From: Tubiluchus corallicola
Lineage: Eukaryota > Animalia > Priapulida
Direction of reading: 5' to 3'
DNA length: 64,000 nucleotides
NCBI GenBank assembly: GCA_030141605.1
Contig: JAQGDQ010000323.1
Span: 186,001-250,000, forward strand
A program made the translations under genes and the position numbers. A model generated the notes under the pieces. That model saw only the letters and a list, made by a program, of their open reading frames with translations, was not told the origin of the DNA and did no database searches. Positions 23,301 through 43,277 of this stretch are shown in pieces (the stretch's first letter is position 1; every line of letters begins with the position of its first letter).

Positions 23301-25832
23301 AAAACTTTGTTAGATAGCACTGCTCCTAGATTGCACAACTTGTTACATATCATCAAGCATCATAATTCGCCATTCTCTCCAATTGACGTCATATCTTAGA
23401 ACTAAACCCAACATTTTAGGATGGGCTGTAGCTTCCACAATTTGCTCATTGTATTGTGATGTTCTTGTGTTGTTTAAATCTTGTTTTCTTGAATTGTTTT
23501 TCAGCAGTTAGCATGCAAGGTATGGCATATATGTTATACATCTATGGCATGCTGTCCCGGTTCACCATGCTTTTTATATCAAGCGAAGTCCAAATTTCAC
23601 AAAAAACAGAGTAACTAAAAACTGAAAAAAACTGTGAGCTATTATACTGAACATAAGAAAATCAATTGCCAATAGATTCCTTTGCAGATAGTACGTGCAT
23701 CAGGTTGGTTTATAAAATTATAATGACCTATTATATTGCTTATTCGTGGAATGTAGTACGATTTAATAACTTTTCTTGTCTTTTGTCCCTATTCACCCAC
23801 CGTCCCTAATCACCTCGTTTTACGGTTTTCAATAATCCTATGAAATTAACACTCACCATGCAGTAGGAGCGTGCCATAAGTAAACCATATTGATTCCAGA
23901 AGATTCCGTGGACGTGACGTTTTTTCAATTTTAATGGCTGTTGGAGAATTGCGGCGAATCACCCATAATGACACGCCCACCACCAAGCCAGTTGCGCAGA
24001 GACACCACCAGATGCCGCCAGAAATTGGCTTCATTAGCATTGTTTGTCTGATTTCGCTTTCTTGTGTCTTGCGGAACATCAGGACGCTCTGTGATGTCTG
24101 CAGGAATGGGACAGTGAAGTTGACAGCAAGCTGTCTTTCTGGACTGTAAGCAAACGCTTGCAATGCAAAGTCGGCTTCCTATAATAATATCTTCATTTAA
24201 CACACTGCAGGCCAGTGACAGTATAAATCGCTCACATGCATGGACTAAACAATCAGGTAGTTGAGATACCGAGTTAGCTGATTGGCCAGGTAGTCAGTTT
24301 ACCGGTCGGTCGGTCAGTCGAGCAGTCGGTCAGTCAGTCAGTCAATCAGTTAGTCAGTCAATCAGTCAGTTAGTCAGTCAGTTAGTCGGTCGGTTGGTCG
24401 GTCAGTCGAACAGTTGGCCAGTCAGTCAGTTAGTCAGTCGGTCGGTCGGTTGGTCGGTCAGTCGAACAGTCGGTCAGTCAGTCAGTCAGTCAGTCAGTCA
24501 GTCAGTCAGTCAGTCAGTCAGTCAGTCAGTCAGTCACTCAGTCAGTCAGTCAGTCAGTCAGTCAGTCAGTCAGTCAGTCAGTCAGTCAGTCAGTCAGTCA
24601 GTCAGTCAGTCAGTCAGTCAGTCAGTCAGTCAGTCAGTCAGTCAGTCAGTTGCCACAACGTTAGTTAGTTAAGAAAAGCAAAACCACTGCCACTGCTTCT
24701 ATACTCCCTTCAAATAGTTTAAATGCAATAGTACCATAATACCATAATACCATACATGCAATAATAATGTGTATTGAGAAGAGGTCTTTACGTTACGTTG
24801 GAGTTGCCCGATAATGCCGTTCCAACTTCCGTTCGGTTCTAGAGATCCAAATTTATCATCAGGTGGCGATATAACTTTATACCTACAATCAATTGAAATA
24901 AAGTTATTGGTGTTGTTGTTGTGGTTGCGGTTGCGGATGCTGTTGCTGTTGCTGTTACTGTCAGTATCAGCGTCAGTGTTGTTATCGTCTTATCGATGTC
25001 ATTGTCCTTGTTACTAATGTCGCTGTTGTCAGCAGTATCATCGTTATTATAGTTATTGCTTAACAGGTAATTGCAGTTACATACCTGAAATTAAGCCTCC
25101 TAGATAACTCATGGAAGATGTCAATAATATAGCCAATGTATGTCCCATTTCCTGCATCCATAACAAATGGTGGTTCCTAAAGAAAACAAAAACACAAAAT
25201 ATAAGCACTGGACAAACTGCGTTTTTAAGGTGGTGCAGTTGTGTAGCTGTCTGCTTCATAATAATTGTTGTAAAGGATGTGGGAATAGAGATCATTAGAA
25301 ATCTACTGCAATATACAAAGTCATACCGGAAGCGTTGAAGCAAGTAGCTCTTTGCCATTATATCCCACATACTCAAACGAGTTGGGAAACAGGTGAGGCT
25401 TTTCCTTCTGGCAACATCTTTTGCTTTTCAAATGTGGCTCTAGTGTAAGTCCATTCATGGGTGAGTACACGCCAGCTCTTTCAAATTTCGTACGGTTGAC
25501 ACGCGTTGCAAGCGTCAGCACCTCCACAATAGTTGTCCCAGTAGAGTTAATAACCGATTGTGCAGTATTGTTGTCATATGCTCTAAAAGTGATGATGTTG
25601 GCATGGTGATGATGTTGGCGTATCCAGAGAAGGAGAAGTTCCTTGCCGAGTTCATTTAGGGGTGCGTTGACGATGTAGTATCCAGCGCTGGCAAGCAAAT
25701 TGTTCTCCTGGTCATTTAGCTAAAATGGTAATTATGGTGATGATGACGATGATCGTCATCGTTGTCATCATCATTATTATTATTATTATCATCACCCATC
25801 ATAAAAATCATCATCGATCAAAAATCATGATT

Positions 25833-25873
<41 letters not shown>

Positions 25874-25920
25874 GCTCCTCCTCTTCATCATCATCAATAA
25901 TAATAGTAATAATAATAATA

Positions 25921-25955
<35 letters not shown>

Positions 25956-25992
25956 GATGATGATGATGAAGATGATGATGATGATGATGATG

Positions 25993-26031
<39 letters not shown>

Positions 26032-27085
26032 CAATCATGTTGGTGAAATGTTGGCAGTATTAGTGCAGAATTTAGCTAGTGAAAACTTCGTGATTTAAGA
26101 TTGAAGTTTAAAGCCAATTCAATGCCATTTTTAAACACTTTTGAATACTGTAAACTCAACGACAGGGCCTGCTTAGTTTGCATGGCTGTGGCAAGACCGG
26201 AGCCTAGCTTATTATCAGCCCTAGAAGAAGTGTTTTAACCACGTTTTGGTATGAATATACTCTCCATCGTCGAGATAGACAGTTGGATTTAGCACGGTAA
26301 ATGAAACTTCCCAGTGCGAGTATTGAACTCGGCAGTGATTTTATTTTATCGCACAATAAGGCGGAAAGGCGTATCTCACGAAGCAATGTTTATATTGCTA
26401 ACTCTCTTACATGTCTGAAAAAGTGCAGTGTTTCTTCCAGTGATAAAAGCACAAGAGCCGTGTATTCTTTCAAGGCTGATCCGTCGGTCAGTCTATCAGT
26501 TGCTGACATGAAGGATTGATAGTGCATCTCCGCGTTCCATTTCAACAAGACGGCATATATGTCAAGTAAGGATAACTTCGTCAAAACCGAAGATATACAT
26601 TTATTTCCTGTAACACAAAGATAAATGTTAGTTCAGTTTTTACCTCGAAATAGAGGCTGTTCACGTTTCACCCACAAACAAGTGTAGGGGGATAACAGTG
26701 ACAACTGAGCTAATATTGCTAAATTAAGGATATAGCGAAATTTTAATGATATAGTTAAATATTCGGTTGTTTCTAACAAATTAAAACCAATTAACAATAA
26801 AGAGACAGGTTAATTAGAAAAAAACGTATGCTTACCGTATTCTTCGTCGAATATCACCACAATTTTTCTTATCCTCATCATTCTCACAAGTTCCAAAGAA
26901 GCCAGGCAAGTAATGTTGTCATCACTTTGGCCAGCGTCGGTTTCGTGGTAATAAACGCTCTTAAAGCTGGTGAAGTTGCAGTTCAAACAACGGCCTGTAC
27001 TGGGATGATCCGTCGAATTTCTTATTAAAGTCATAAACAAAGCCAACAGGAAGAGGGCAATTGGTGGCCAACGTTGAAAATACAT
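20355..27085 (-). CDS. Divergent ionotropic glutamate receptor / variant IR-like channel, ~692 aa. Exons 27085-26836, 26607-26411, 25719-25327, 25176-25085, 24882-24792, 24178-23857, 22108-21891, 21363-21101, 20607-20355 (alternative end: donor at 20359 spliced to an exon starting 20277)
   Basis: Signal peptide (MYFQRWPPIALFLLALFMTL); S1 (EPPFVM, GYIIDIFHEL, FGS..WNGIIGQL, EADFA, SPERQLAVNFTVPF); M1-M2; M3 (AYTANLMAFLT); S2 (DLADQTDIDYG, GILQELYAKWW); M4. Phases consistent, no stops. Confidence 0.92.
22972..23825. mobile_element. Non-autonomous TIR element (Tc1/mariner-pogo-like) in an iGluR intron
   Basis: TA|CCGTAAAAAGGGCTGAATAGGGAC at the left end and GTCCCTAATCACCTCGTTTTACGG at the right end; extra TGAATAGGGAC motifs at ~23175 and (inverted) ~23785. 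Confidence 0.75.
24293..24650. repeat. (CAGT)n microsatellite with degenerate (CGGT) left part
   Basis: Read directly. Confidence 0.95.
25725..26030. repeat. Compound trinucleotide tract (CAT)n/(AAT)n/(GAT)n in an iGluR intron
   Basis: Read directly. Confidence 0.93.
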
Positions 27086-29144
27086 TGTTTTTGTAAGGAG
27101 GTGACTGAGAATGATTTCACACACTTGTAAAAGTTTTGCACATGCGCATCTATGCCGGATAAATAGTCCGCCTGTACAAAAAATTTCTTAAGTTTTCTAA
27201 TTTATGATAACAGTGAGTCGCGATTGCTGCACGACATTTTCGTATTGAATTTCCTAATCAGCACGTCAATGATACAAACGTCTGTATTGCGTTACACCTT
27301 ACATTTTTCATAGACGTGGCTCCTTTTATGCTCATTTTTTTCTATAAGAATTAGGTAGAATGGTACATGGTGAAGTGGTCAATAAATCTTGCTACATAAT
27401 AGTGGCTAGTAACACTAGGTTGTAATCGTGCTTGAGTATTTGTTTGAACAGTAAAACTGGGCTGATTGCATTCCGTACAGGTGCAACTACTATGATGGCA
27501 CAATACATCAGTATTATATTACTTGGCTTCCTGCTTTCCATAGCGCAAGGCTTGGGACATTAGTATAAAAGCCATACGCAGTTCATGCCAATAAGGTTCC
27601 AAAAACGGTCTTCTGGCACGCAGATTAAATCAAAATATTTACATACACAAGATGGGGCCACATCATGTCAAATTGATAATTGATAATTCACCAAAAAACA
27701 CACTTATGCATAAGTGTAGAAACATGCCAGATGTTAAACTTGGGACCAGTGCTACGCTAAATATTATGGCTTTTGACACAGGGTCGTCCGATTTAATCAT
27801 TTAATCACGATTTAGTAAAAAAACGACGTTGTTTTATCAAATCTTTATAAATAATAATAGTGAACCAAAATGCGTTTGGAACGCCTCTAGATGCTGCAAT
27901 CCGGTATAGATTCAGGTATAGATCGTACCACCTATATTTCCACCTATTCATTGAATTTGCCATTTTGACTCTTCGGAATTCCGTCAATGAAATCAGTGCT
28001 TATCACATCTGGGCTGCCAATTCTTGGATCAAGGATCTGAAAGTCTATTAAGTTACCCATGCTTTTGATTACCCGTAAACCACATCTCATTTTAATGAAT
28101 TGGTCTTAAGTTTTTGACCTCTGACCCTTGTGCCATGACTTAGGAAACAACCAATCTCGAGACAACTAATCAGGTATCAAATGTAGTTCAATTTGTTTCA
28201 TTGAGACTTTCATTTAATTTACTAAAAGATATTGTTGCTCAACAATAGAAAAATGTCTTTGTCCAAACCCAGTTTCAGTTTTTGGCCCCAAGTGGAAAAA
28301 CACACCTAATCGATGACCAGCCGTCTAAAAGAGCACGACTACACCTGGTACCAAATTGACCTTGGGACAATTTCGTCTAAATATTCTGTCCGGTTGCCGT
28401 AGCAACTGATTGCATGCAAAATTCCTTGGCAAAAAGTTTGAACCCAGGTATCCGTAGGGGTATAAATTGCAAATAGATCTCGCTTGTTGCTGTCTTACAG
28501 ACTCTAGCATTTACTAGTCAGTCTGGAAGCAAAAACATAATAATAATTGTGCTATTTTACTGTATTATACTAGTGCGTTTTTGAACAGAATAATGCAATA
28601 TGTACTGTTTTAATGCTTCAAATTATTTAAAAACTTGTTGATAAAATAAAAATGGCTTTAAGCAAAGTATCAAATCTTTGTTAGAGTGAAACATGCGTCG
28701 TTAAGTGAGAAAAAGGTGTTAAATCTTCAGAGACGCTAAAACGAAACGTGACTAAATGGGAAGACGTTAAGCAAGGACTTACAGTACATAAATATATTTT
28801 ATTCTGTTTTTTGTAATAGAGTTCTCTTATGATTATGCAGTGAAAATAGGTGGTTGTGGTGGGAGCAAAATCTGGTTTATTATCAAGACTAATTTGCACA
28901 GTCATTTCCCTACAATGAGGCACTGAACCAGCAGGGTGTCTCAGACATGTTGGCCCTAAGAATACATCCTTTTACTGAGTATACAGCCAGAATTTGTTTT
29001 GAATAAAACCACCCAGTGTGCTCAAATGCCTTGGTTGCCCATCCAGGGAAAAATCCTGGTATTGCTTAACTTTGTTTGCTAAGTACCCCAGTTACATTGA
29101 ATAGGCGAGTTTTATTTCGTATTCTATGCAAACTTTCGTGGCTT

Positions 29145-30317
29145 CTGCGTTTGGTAGATTTTAATTTTGCTTGGTGCTGCCAATGATTTTCTACACTGCG
29201 TGACATGTCGTCGTGAGATACCCGTGTTTGGCACACCATCTGGACAAGATGTGTTTGTGTATGGCGTAATTGATGAGATTCAATGTGACCAACAAATGTT
29301 TCAGTTGGACCTTGAAAACTAGAGAAAATGAAAAGATTATATATTGTTAATCGCTGTAGTTGTTTATAAGGTAACGGGTGCTATTGATGCCAGTAATGAT
29401 ATGTATTACATTTCTGGTGTTACAAACTGACGGTATTACTTACTTTCGAAGACTAATACATTGTATAATATTTTGATTTCATTTCTTGTGGGTATTCGTA
29501 CATGTTTTCATAGTGCATGACAGAGGTTTGTACTCGACAAAAGTAAACCTCCCACGGAATGTATGGAACTTTGGGTATTTGCTGTTTGTGCAATACCTCA
29601 TTAAATATAGATTTTGCACCTAACATCAGACACCACGCTTGCCAGATTGTTCCACGTCCTGGATTCTAAATATACGTGAAGACTCGTAATTGTGTTTAAT
29701 CGACGTGATTTCACTGGAGAGTATTGTACCCTGTACAGTTTCTGTTAAGTAAACTAAAAATTCTCTAAGTTAGTTGCCTTAGTTTTACAGCACTAATTGC
29801 ACGTTTAGGCCTTTACAATGTGAATCTGCTGGCTATTATTTTCAAGTGATGATGTACAGAAAACTATTTGATGACGTTATTCGTGGTGCTTTGACCAAAC
29901 GTACATTTGAAAAGCATTTGAGACTCGACCTCAAAGTTTGTCACAATGGTGACCTGCTGGAGAAAGTATGCGGTTCGTTCAGCTGTGAAAATTTGGGTGA
30001 TGTTTTAGCGAGACATTTTCACGAATGCGAGCGCTGCCTCTTATTGGCCATCTTAAAATCGAGTATTGTCATCAAAGTGACATGAAAGTTTTATTTCGCC
30101 AAGGTGAGTTATGACGAAAAGTGGTTGCAAGAAAAGTTCGTTCAATTTGCAGAGTTATGGCAAGGGCGTCGACAGGCGGTAGGTGTGGATATCGAAGAGC
30201 CAACGTTGTCAGTTCCACGGTGAGTGTGTCTGGCGGTTGAAGAAGGTGATTGAACTTCCAGAGAACAAAAGGGGAAGACAAGAGTATGACAGTACTACTA
30301 TGTACGAATACGTGTGA
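29145..30317 (+). pseudogene. EXO5: Exonuclease V (EXO5/Dem1)-like pseudogene, 3' portion only
   Basis: REIPVFG...VFVYGVIDEI...L/KTR (29210-29325, frameshift before KTR); FQVMMYRKLFD...NLGDVL (29840-30010); EYCHQ...ELWQGRRQAVGVDIEE..CQFHGECVWR (30060-30237). Several frameshifts, AWKC apparently deleted, ~490-bp interruption, N-terminal half not seen. Confidence 0.8.
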
Positions 30318-31920
30318 TCTCAAAAATTTGTGAGTGTGATATGAGTTTGGAAACAGCTTCTCTTCTGAATTAAAAACTCATGATCATTTTAAGTGGCGCA
30401 TGACTGGCGTTAGTGCTAATGAAAGATTGAAAAATCTGTCTTCTGATGGTGTGTAGCTGCTATTAGTATAAATTATGGTCAGGCGGTGCTTGTCACAAAG
30501 TAAACTTTGTGGTCAATATAATTTTTTTACAGAAACTAGCATGTAAATGTGCAATGATAAGCAGAGGTATTTTGTATTAACTTTAATCTCGGACAGGATG
30601 CTGAAATATTTTGAAAGATGGGATTTCTGTTTGATTTATTCTTGAAGTGCCTTGTGCAAGCTACTTAAGCTCAAATTGTTTAGATTTCCATATTTTAAAT
30701 GAACTAATTAGAAACAAAAACCCAACAAAAACACACAAACCCCACCAACAAAACACCTAACTTTCTTCACTTCACGACAGGTAGTATCTGATTAGAATTA
30801 GAGTCATGTAACTACATAGAAGCTGTCAACAATTTTCCTATAAATGTATAGGAAAGCACTTTCTACCTTACATTTTATGACATAGGGCATTTCTTGAAAG
30901 GAAAACCGGATGATTGTGTAAACATTAGTTCAGAATAAAGAATGCTCTAAAATATTGAAAACTACAACAAGGCTCAGATTAAATAATAATTACCTTGTAT
31001 ACTCAAATTTCGTTAAACTTTTAAAGCTACGCGCGGCTCAGTGAATCTAATAAGATTGGCAACGACGTCTTTTTGTCACTTTCGCGTGACTGACAAATAG
31101 AAGGCGGTACCGTGATAAGCATGATCGTGAACTACAGTTTTAGTTTCGACGTAATATGGTGTAGACTCCATTTTTCGTGACATCATGCGTTTAAACAGTA
31201 CTGTAACACTTATGCACAAGGGAAGACGCGTGCTATTGCACAAACTGTGGTTATTTTCTGACGTAATCAATAGCTGTGTTCGGTTGCCGCTAATTAACCT
31301 TCTAAGCTAATTATCGAAATATACGGAACAATTGTTAACTTTTATAGGCAAGAAAATGTATATTTTTGACAGTATATTAAAATAAGATGAAGTATAAACA
31401 ATCGTTCGGTCTTCTTTGAAGCAAAGCTCGTGATGTGGTTTTCGCATATAAATTTTTTCGTCTTAGATCATCTTACTGAAAGCGAAAATAAATGTTGCCA
31501 ATTGGCATGCCAAATCTTATGAATGATTCGAAAATGCACCCACTCTTATGGTGAGGCAGGCCTTTGTCAAACGACGATAATGGTTATTGTAAGTTCAAAG
31601 GTCTAAAGTTACACCCGGACAGTGCAATAGTCCCTCTTATGCCCAGTTATCTATGTTATTTGTTTGCTGTGGGTGCAGTTTTATTGACCTTTGCATACGT
31701 GCACTAGATAGAATACTAGTATGTAATAGCAGTTGTGTAAATAAAGTAGCTATCGTCATGGTGTTACAACAATTTTCTGAATAATATTTTCACGATTATT
31801 TTTCTTCGCTTGTTTGTAGGTTTTCGTATACATGTGCTCGCGCTATGTTCCTCTTCAAAGTAATGTTGGACAAATTTTTAATTTTGTTGATATGTAACAT
31901 TTTGCTGTTTTTGATTTCAG

Positions 31921-39998
<8,078 letters not shown>

Positions 39999-40127
39999 CG
40001 TCACCATAGCATGTTTAGTTCTATATGCAGTTTTATTGGTTTGTAATCATAATTTATTACATGTTGCTCCTGTATTATATTATACCTATATGTTTTTTAC
40101 ATTATTTATAACCCCCTTATAACCTCG

Positions 40128-40620
40128 TGTGTTATATAGGGATTTGTGTTAGGAGAACTGTACTGGTTTTTTTCAAAACAATGTAAAATTTAACTATTGG
40201 ATTTAACTATTTGGCAAATATAATAAAACTGATATTGATAGAAAGACAAACGCATTTTATTATGTGCTGCGTTACAGCAGTGTATTTTTATTTTTTCTTG
40301 TTTAACCATCATTGCCAGTCAACTGTTTAAGCAATACTTCGTGTGTTATTTATTGTTGTAGAACTGTGGAAAACTATAGAAATGTACTGGCTTTTTAAAA
40401 TGTATTATTTAAATATTGGATCACAACTCGCCCGTTTGGTAATTATAATAAAATTATATTGACAGAAAAACTAAGGCATTCTTGCTATGTGATGCGTTAC
40501 AACAGCGTATTTTCTGTTTAATCCATTACCGGTCAACTGTTGATGCGTAGCGTGTGTTATTTACAGTAACGTGTTACGAGAAGTGTACTGAGTTTAACAA
40601 AATGTGTAAGTTAAATTAGT
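40128..40620. repeat. Diverged ~210-220-bp tandem duplication (two copies plus a partial third)
   Basis: GTGTGTTAT...TGTACTGG..TTTT...TAATAAAA..ATATTGA.AGAAA...TATGTG.TGCGTTACA.CAG...CATT.CC.GTCAACTGTT recurs at ~40128, ~40341 and (partial) ~40552. Confidence 0.7.
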
Positions 40621-41051
40621 GTTACGTTTGATACGCATGACCACCTACTTCGTTGTTCAAGGTGACAGCAAGAAGCACTCAATCACAATTTTTTTCTTTA
40701 GACATATCACTTGTGAAAATTACATTTCAATCATATTGAATGAATTACGTCATAAAAAGGAATTATAAGCAATCATAATTGTCTGAGAACAAAATTGTTA
40801 ATCCTATGTAACAGTTGATACTTTGATAATCAGTTTTTTTTAACAAACTTTACATGACTGTAGTAATTTTTTTAATTACATACAGATGTCCGACTTCTCC
40901 GTGACTCCGTGATTTCCGAATAAGGAAGTCATGAGATTTTGTAATGTCATGTACTTCTTTCGTATGTTACTAAGCAAAAAGAAATTATTGATCATGCGTA
41001 CGAATATCAAGAGGACTGTGTCCACGCCAAGTTGCTTAAAAGAAATAAGCG

Positions 41052-41931
41052 GGCTCATTCAAAACTATCAACACCAATCAAAACACGAGCTCATTTAAAA
41101 CTATCAACACCAATCAAAACACGAGCTCATTCAAAACTATCAACACCAATCAAAACACGAGCTCATTTAAAACTATCAACACCAATCAAAACACGAGCTC
41201 ATTTAAAACTATCAACACCAATCAAAACACGAGCTCATTTAAAATATCAACACCAATCAAAACACGAGCTCATTCAAAACTATCAACACCAATCAAAACA
41301 CGAGCTCATTCAAAACTATCAACACCAATCAAAACACGAGCTCATTCAAAACTATCGACACCAATCAAAACACGAGCTCATTCAAAACTATCAACACCAA
41401 TCAAAACACGAGCTCATTTAAAATATCAACACCAATCAAAACACGAGCTCATTTAAAACTATCAACATCAATCAAAACACGAGCTCATTCAAAACTATCA
41501 ACATCAATCAAAACACGAGCTCATTTAAAACTATCAACACCAATCAAAACACGAGCTCATTCAAAACTATCAACATCAATCAAAACACGAGCTCATTCAA
41601 AACTATCAACATCAATCAAAACACGAGCTCATTTAAAACTATCAACACCAATCAAAGCACGAGCTCATTTAAAACTATCAACACCAATCAAAACACGAGC
41701 TCATTTAAAACTATCAACAACAATCAAAACACGAGCTCATTCAAAACTATCAACATCAATCAAAACACGAGCTCATTTAAAACTATCAACACCAATCAAA
41801 ACACGAGCTCATTTAAAACTATCAACAACAATCAAAACACGAGCTCATTCAAAATTATCAACGCCAATCAAAACACGAGCTCATTCAAAATTATCAACGC
41901 CAATCAAAACACGAGCTCATTCAAAACTATC
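41052..41931. repeat. 36-bp minisatellite (GAGCTCATTYAAAACTATCAACACCAATCAAAACAC), ~24 copies
   Basis: Homogeneous head-to-tail units without spacers; explains the 12-aa periodic ORF 41032-41421. Confidence 0.97.
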
Positions 41932-42523
41932 ATTCAAGGCGAGAAACCTTTCACAACAGGTAGATCCTCCTCAAAGCAGAGCTTACAGCAAAGTATGCTT
42001 TGATGAGTATCGATCGTCACTATCCTCGCATTACTGGTACGAGTGCAAAATTAACATATGGCCAACGAAATTTTGCAAAATGGGCGTTTTATCACGTATG
42101 CATGCATAAATACCATAAAACATGTCTTCATTTTTCTCCTCGAATAAGACTGGTATTCAAAGTATTCACTGCAAAGTTTTTTTCTTGTGTTGTTGCAAGA
42201 GGGCAGAACTATCACAATGATGCATTTGTTTTTGATAGAAGAAACAAGTGCTAATAACTTCTTTATAATATTATCAGGTTTTAAAATATATAGTTATAAT
42301 ACAAGGCGTACAAAAAGTGCTTACATACAAAGTATGTAGTTGGAAGTGTATTCAGGAGCTTTGGAGAGAAAGTATCAGTTTTGAGGGCTCGGGCGATACG
42401 TTTTAGATGTCCATTTCAACATTCTCAGCCACCTTGTACCTAAATCAAGTTTGGTTTCCCATGAGATCACATTTACCGCGTTGCCTATAGGCCATACATA
42501 GCAGAACTTGGTGAGAGCTTGCT

Positions 42524-43277
42524 TCATTCTATTATTCCGGCAGTCTTCAAATGATGTCCTTGTCTGCACAGGTCTTCTAACACTTGCCAACCTAAATTCA
42601 TTAGAGTTAAGATGATTATAAAGTTTGGTACAAAACTGATAGTTAAGATACTTTTATTGTAGAGTATGTTGATACTTTGATAATCAGTTTTTTGGTCTAC
42701 GATGTATTTAATTAAATTAAATAGTTAATGTACTACAGTAGTTAACATCCTGATAATTTTAATTTTAATTCATAATAACATAATCTCCTTCTGTTTCACT
42801 ACATTTTGTTATGTTTTCCTGAGGTTGTTAACCCTCGTAAAAGTCGTTCAGAAATACATTGACACGTAAAAATTCCAAACTATAATAATTTATTTCTTTA
42901 GTCATGCTTCTTATGAACTTTTTTATTAAAATAGTAAGTTTCTGGCTATCAATAGAGTGTTAAATTAATAAACGACAACGACGACGATGATTGACGACGA
43001 CGACGACGACGACGACGTTGATGATGATAATGACAACAAGAGCAAATAATAGATCTTTTTGCCTACCCTTTTCAGGATTTTTGTGATATTTGGCTGTCCA
43101 GGCATCTAGTAATAAGTTACTGTAACGTTTTTCCTCAAAATATTTCAGATATTTGTGAGATGCTGGACTAGGAAAGATGCGCTCGAAACCTCCACGCCTC
43201 TGATACTCGTCTTCTGCTTCTACCAGCTCACGTACGTCAGATGGCGTCAAGTCATCCAAGATGGAGGCAATTGTTTC
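42524..43277 (-). other. Inverted paralogous copy of the last two exons of the TTLL4-like gene (43277-43067, 42591-42524)
   Basis: [71 protein letters not shown] + WQVLEDLCRQGHHLKTAGIIE*. The first exon is 211 nt, the same length and phase as 61215-61425. Splice sites intact; no upstream TTL exons found on this strand. Confidence 0.85.
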
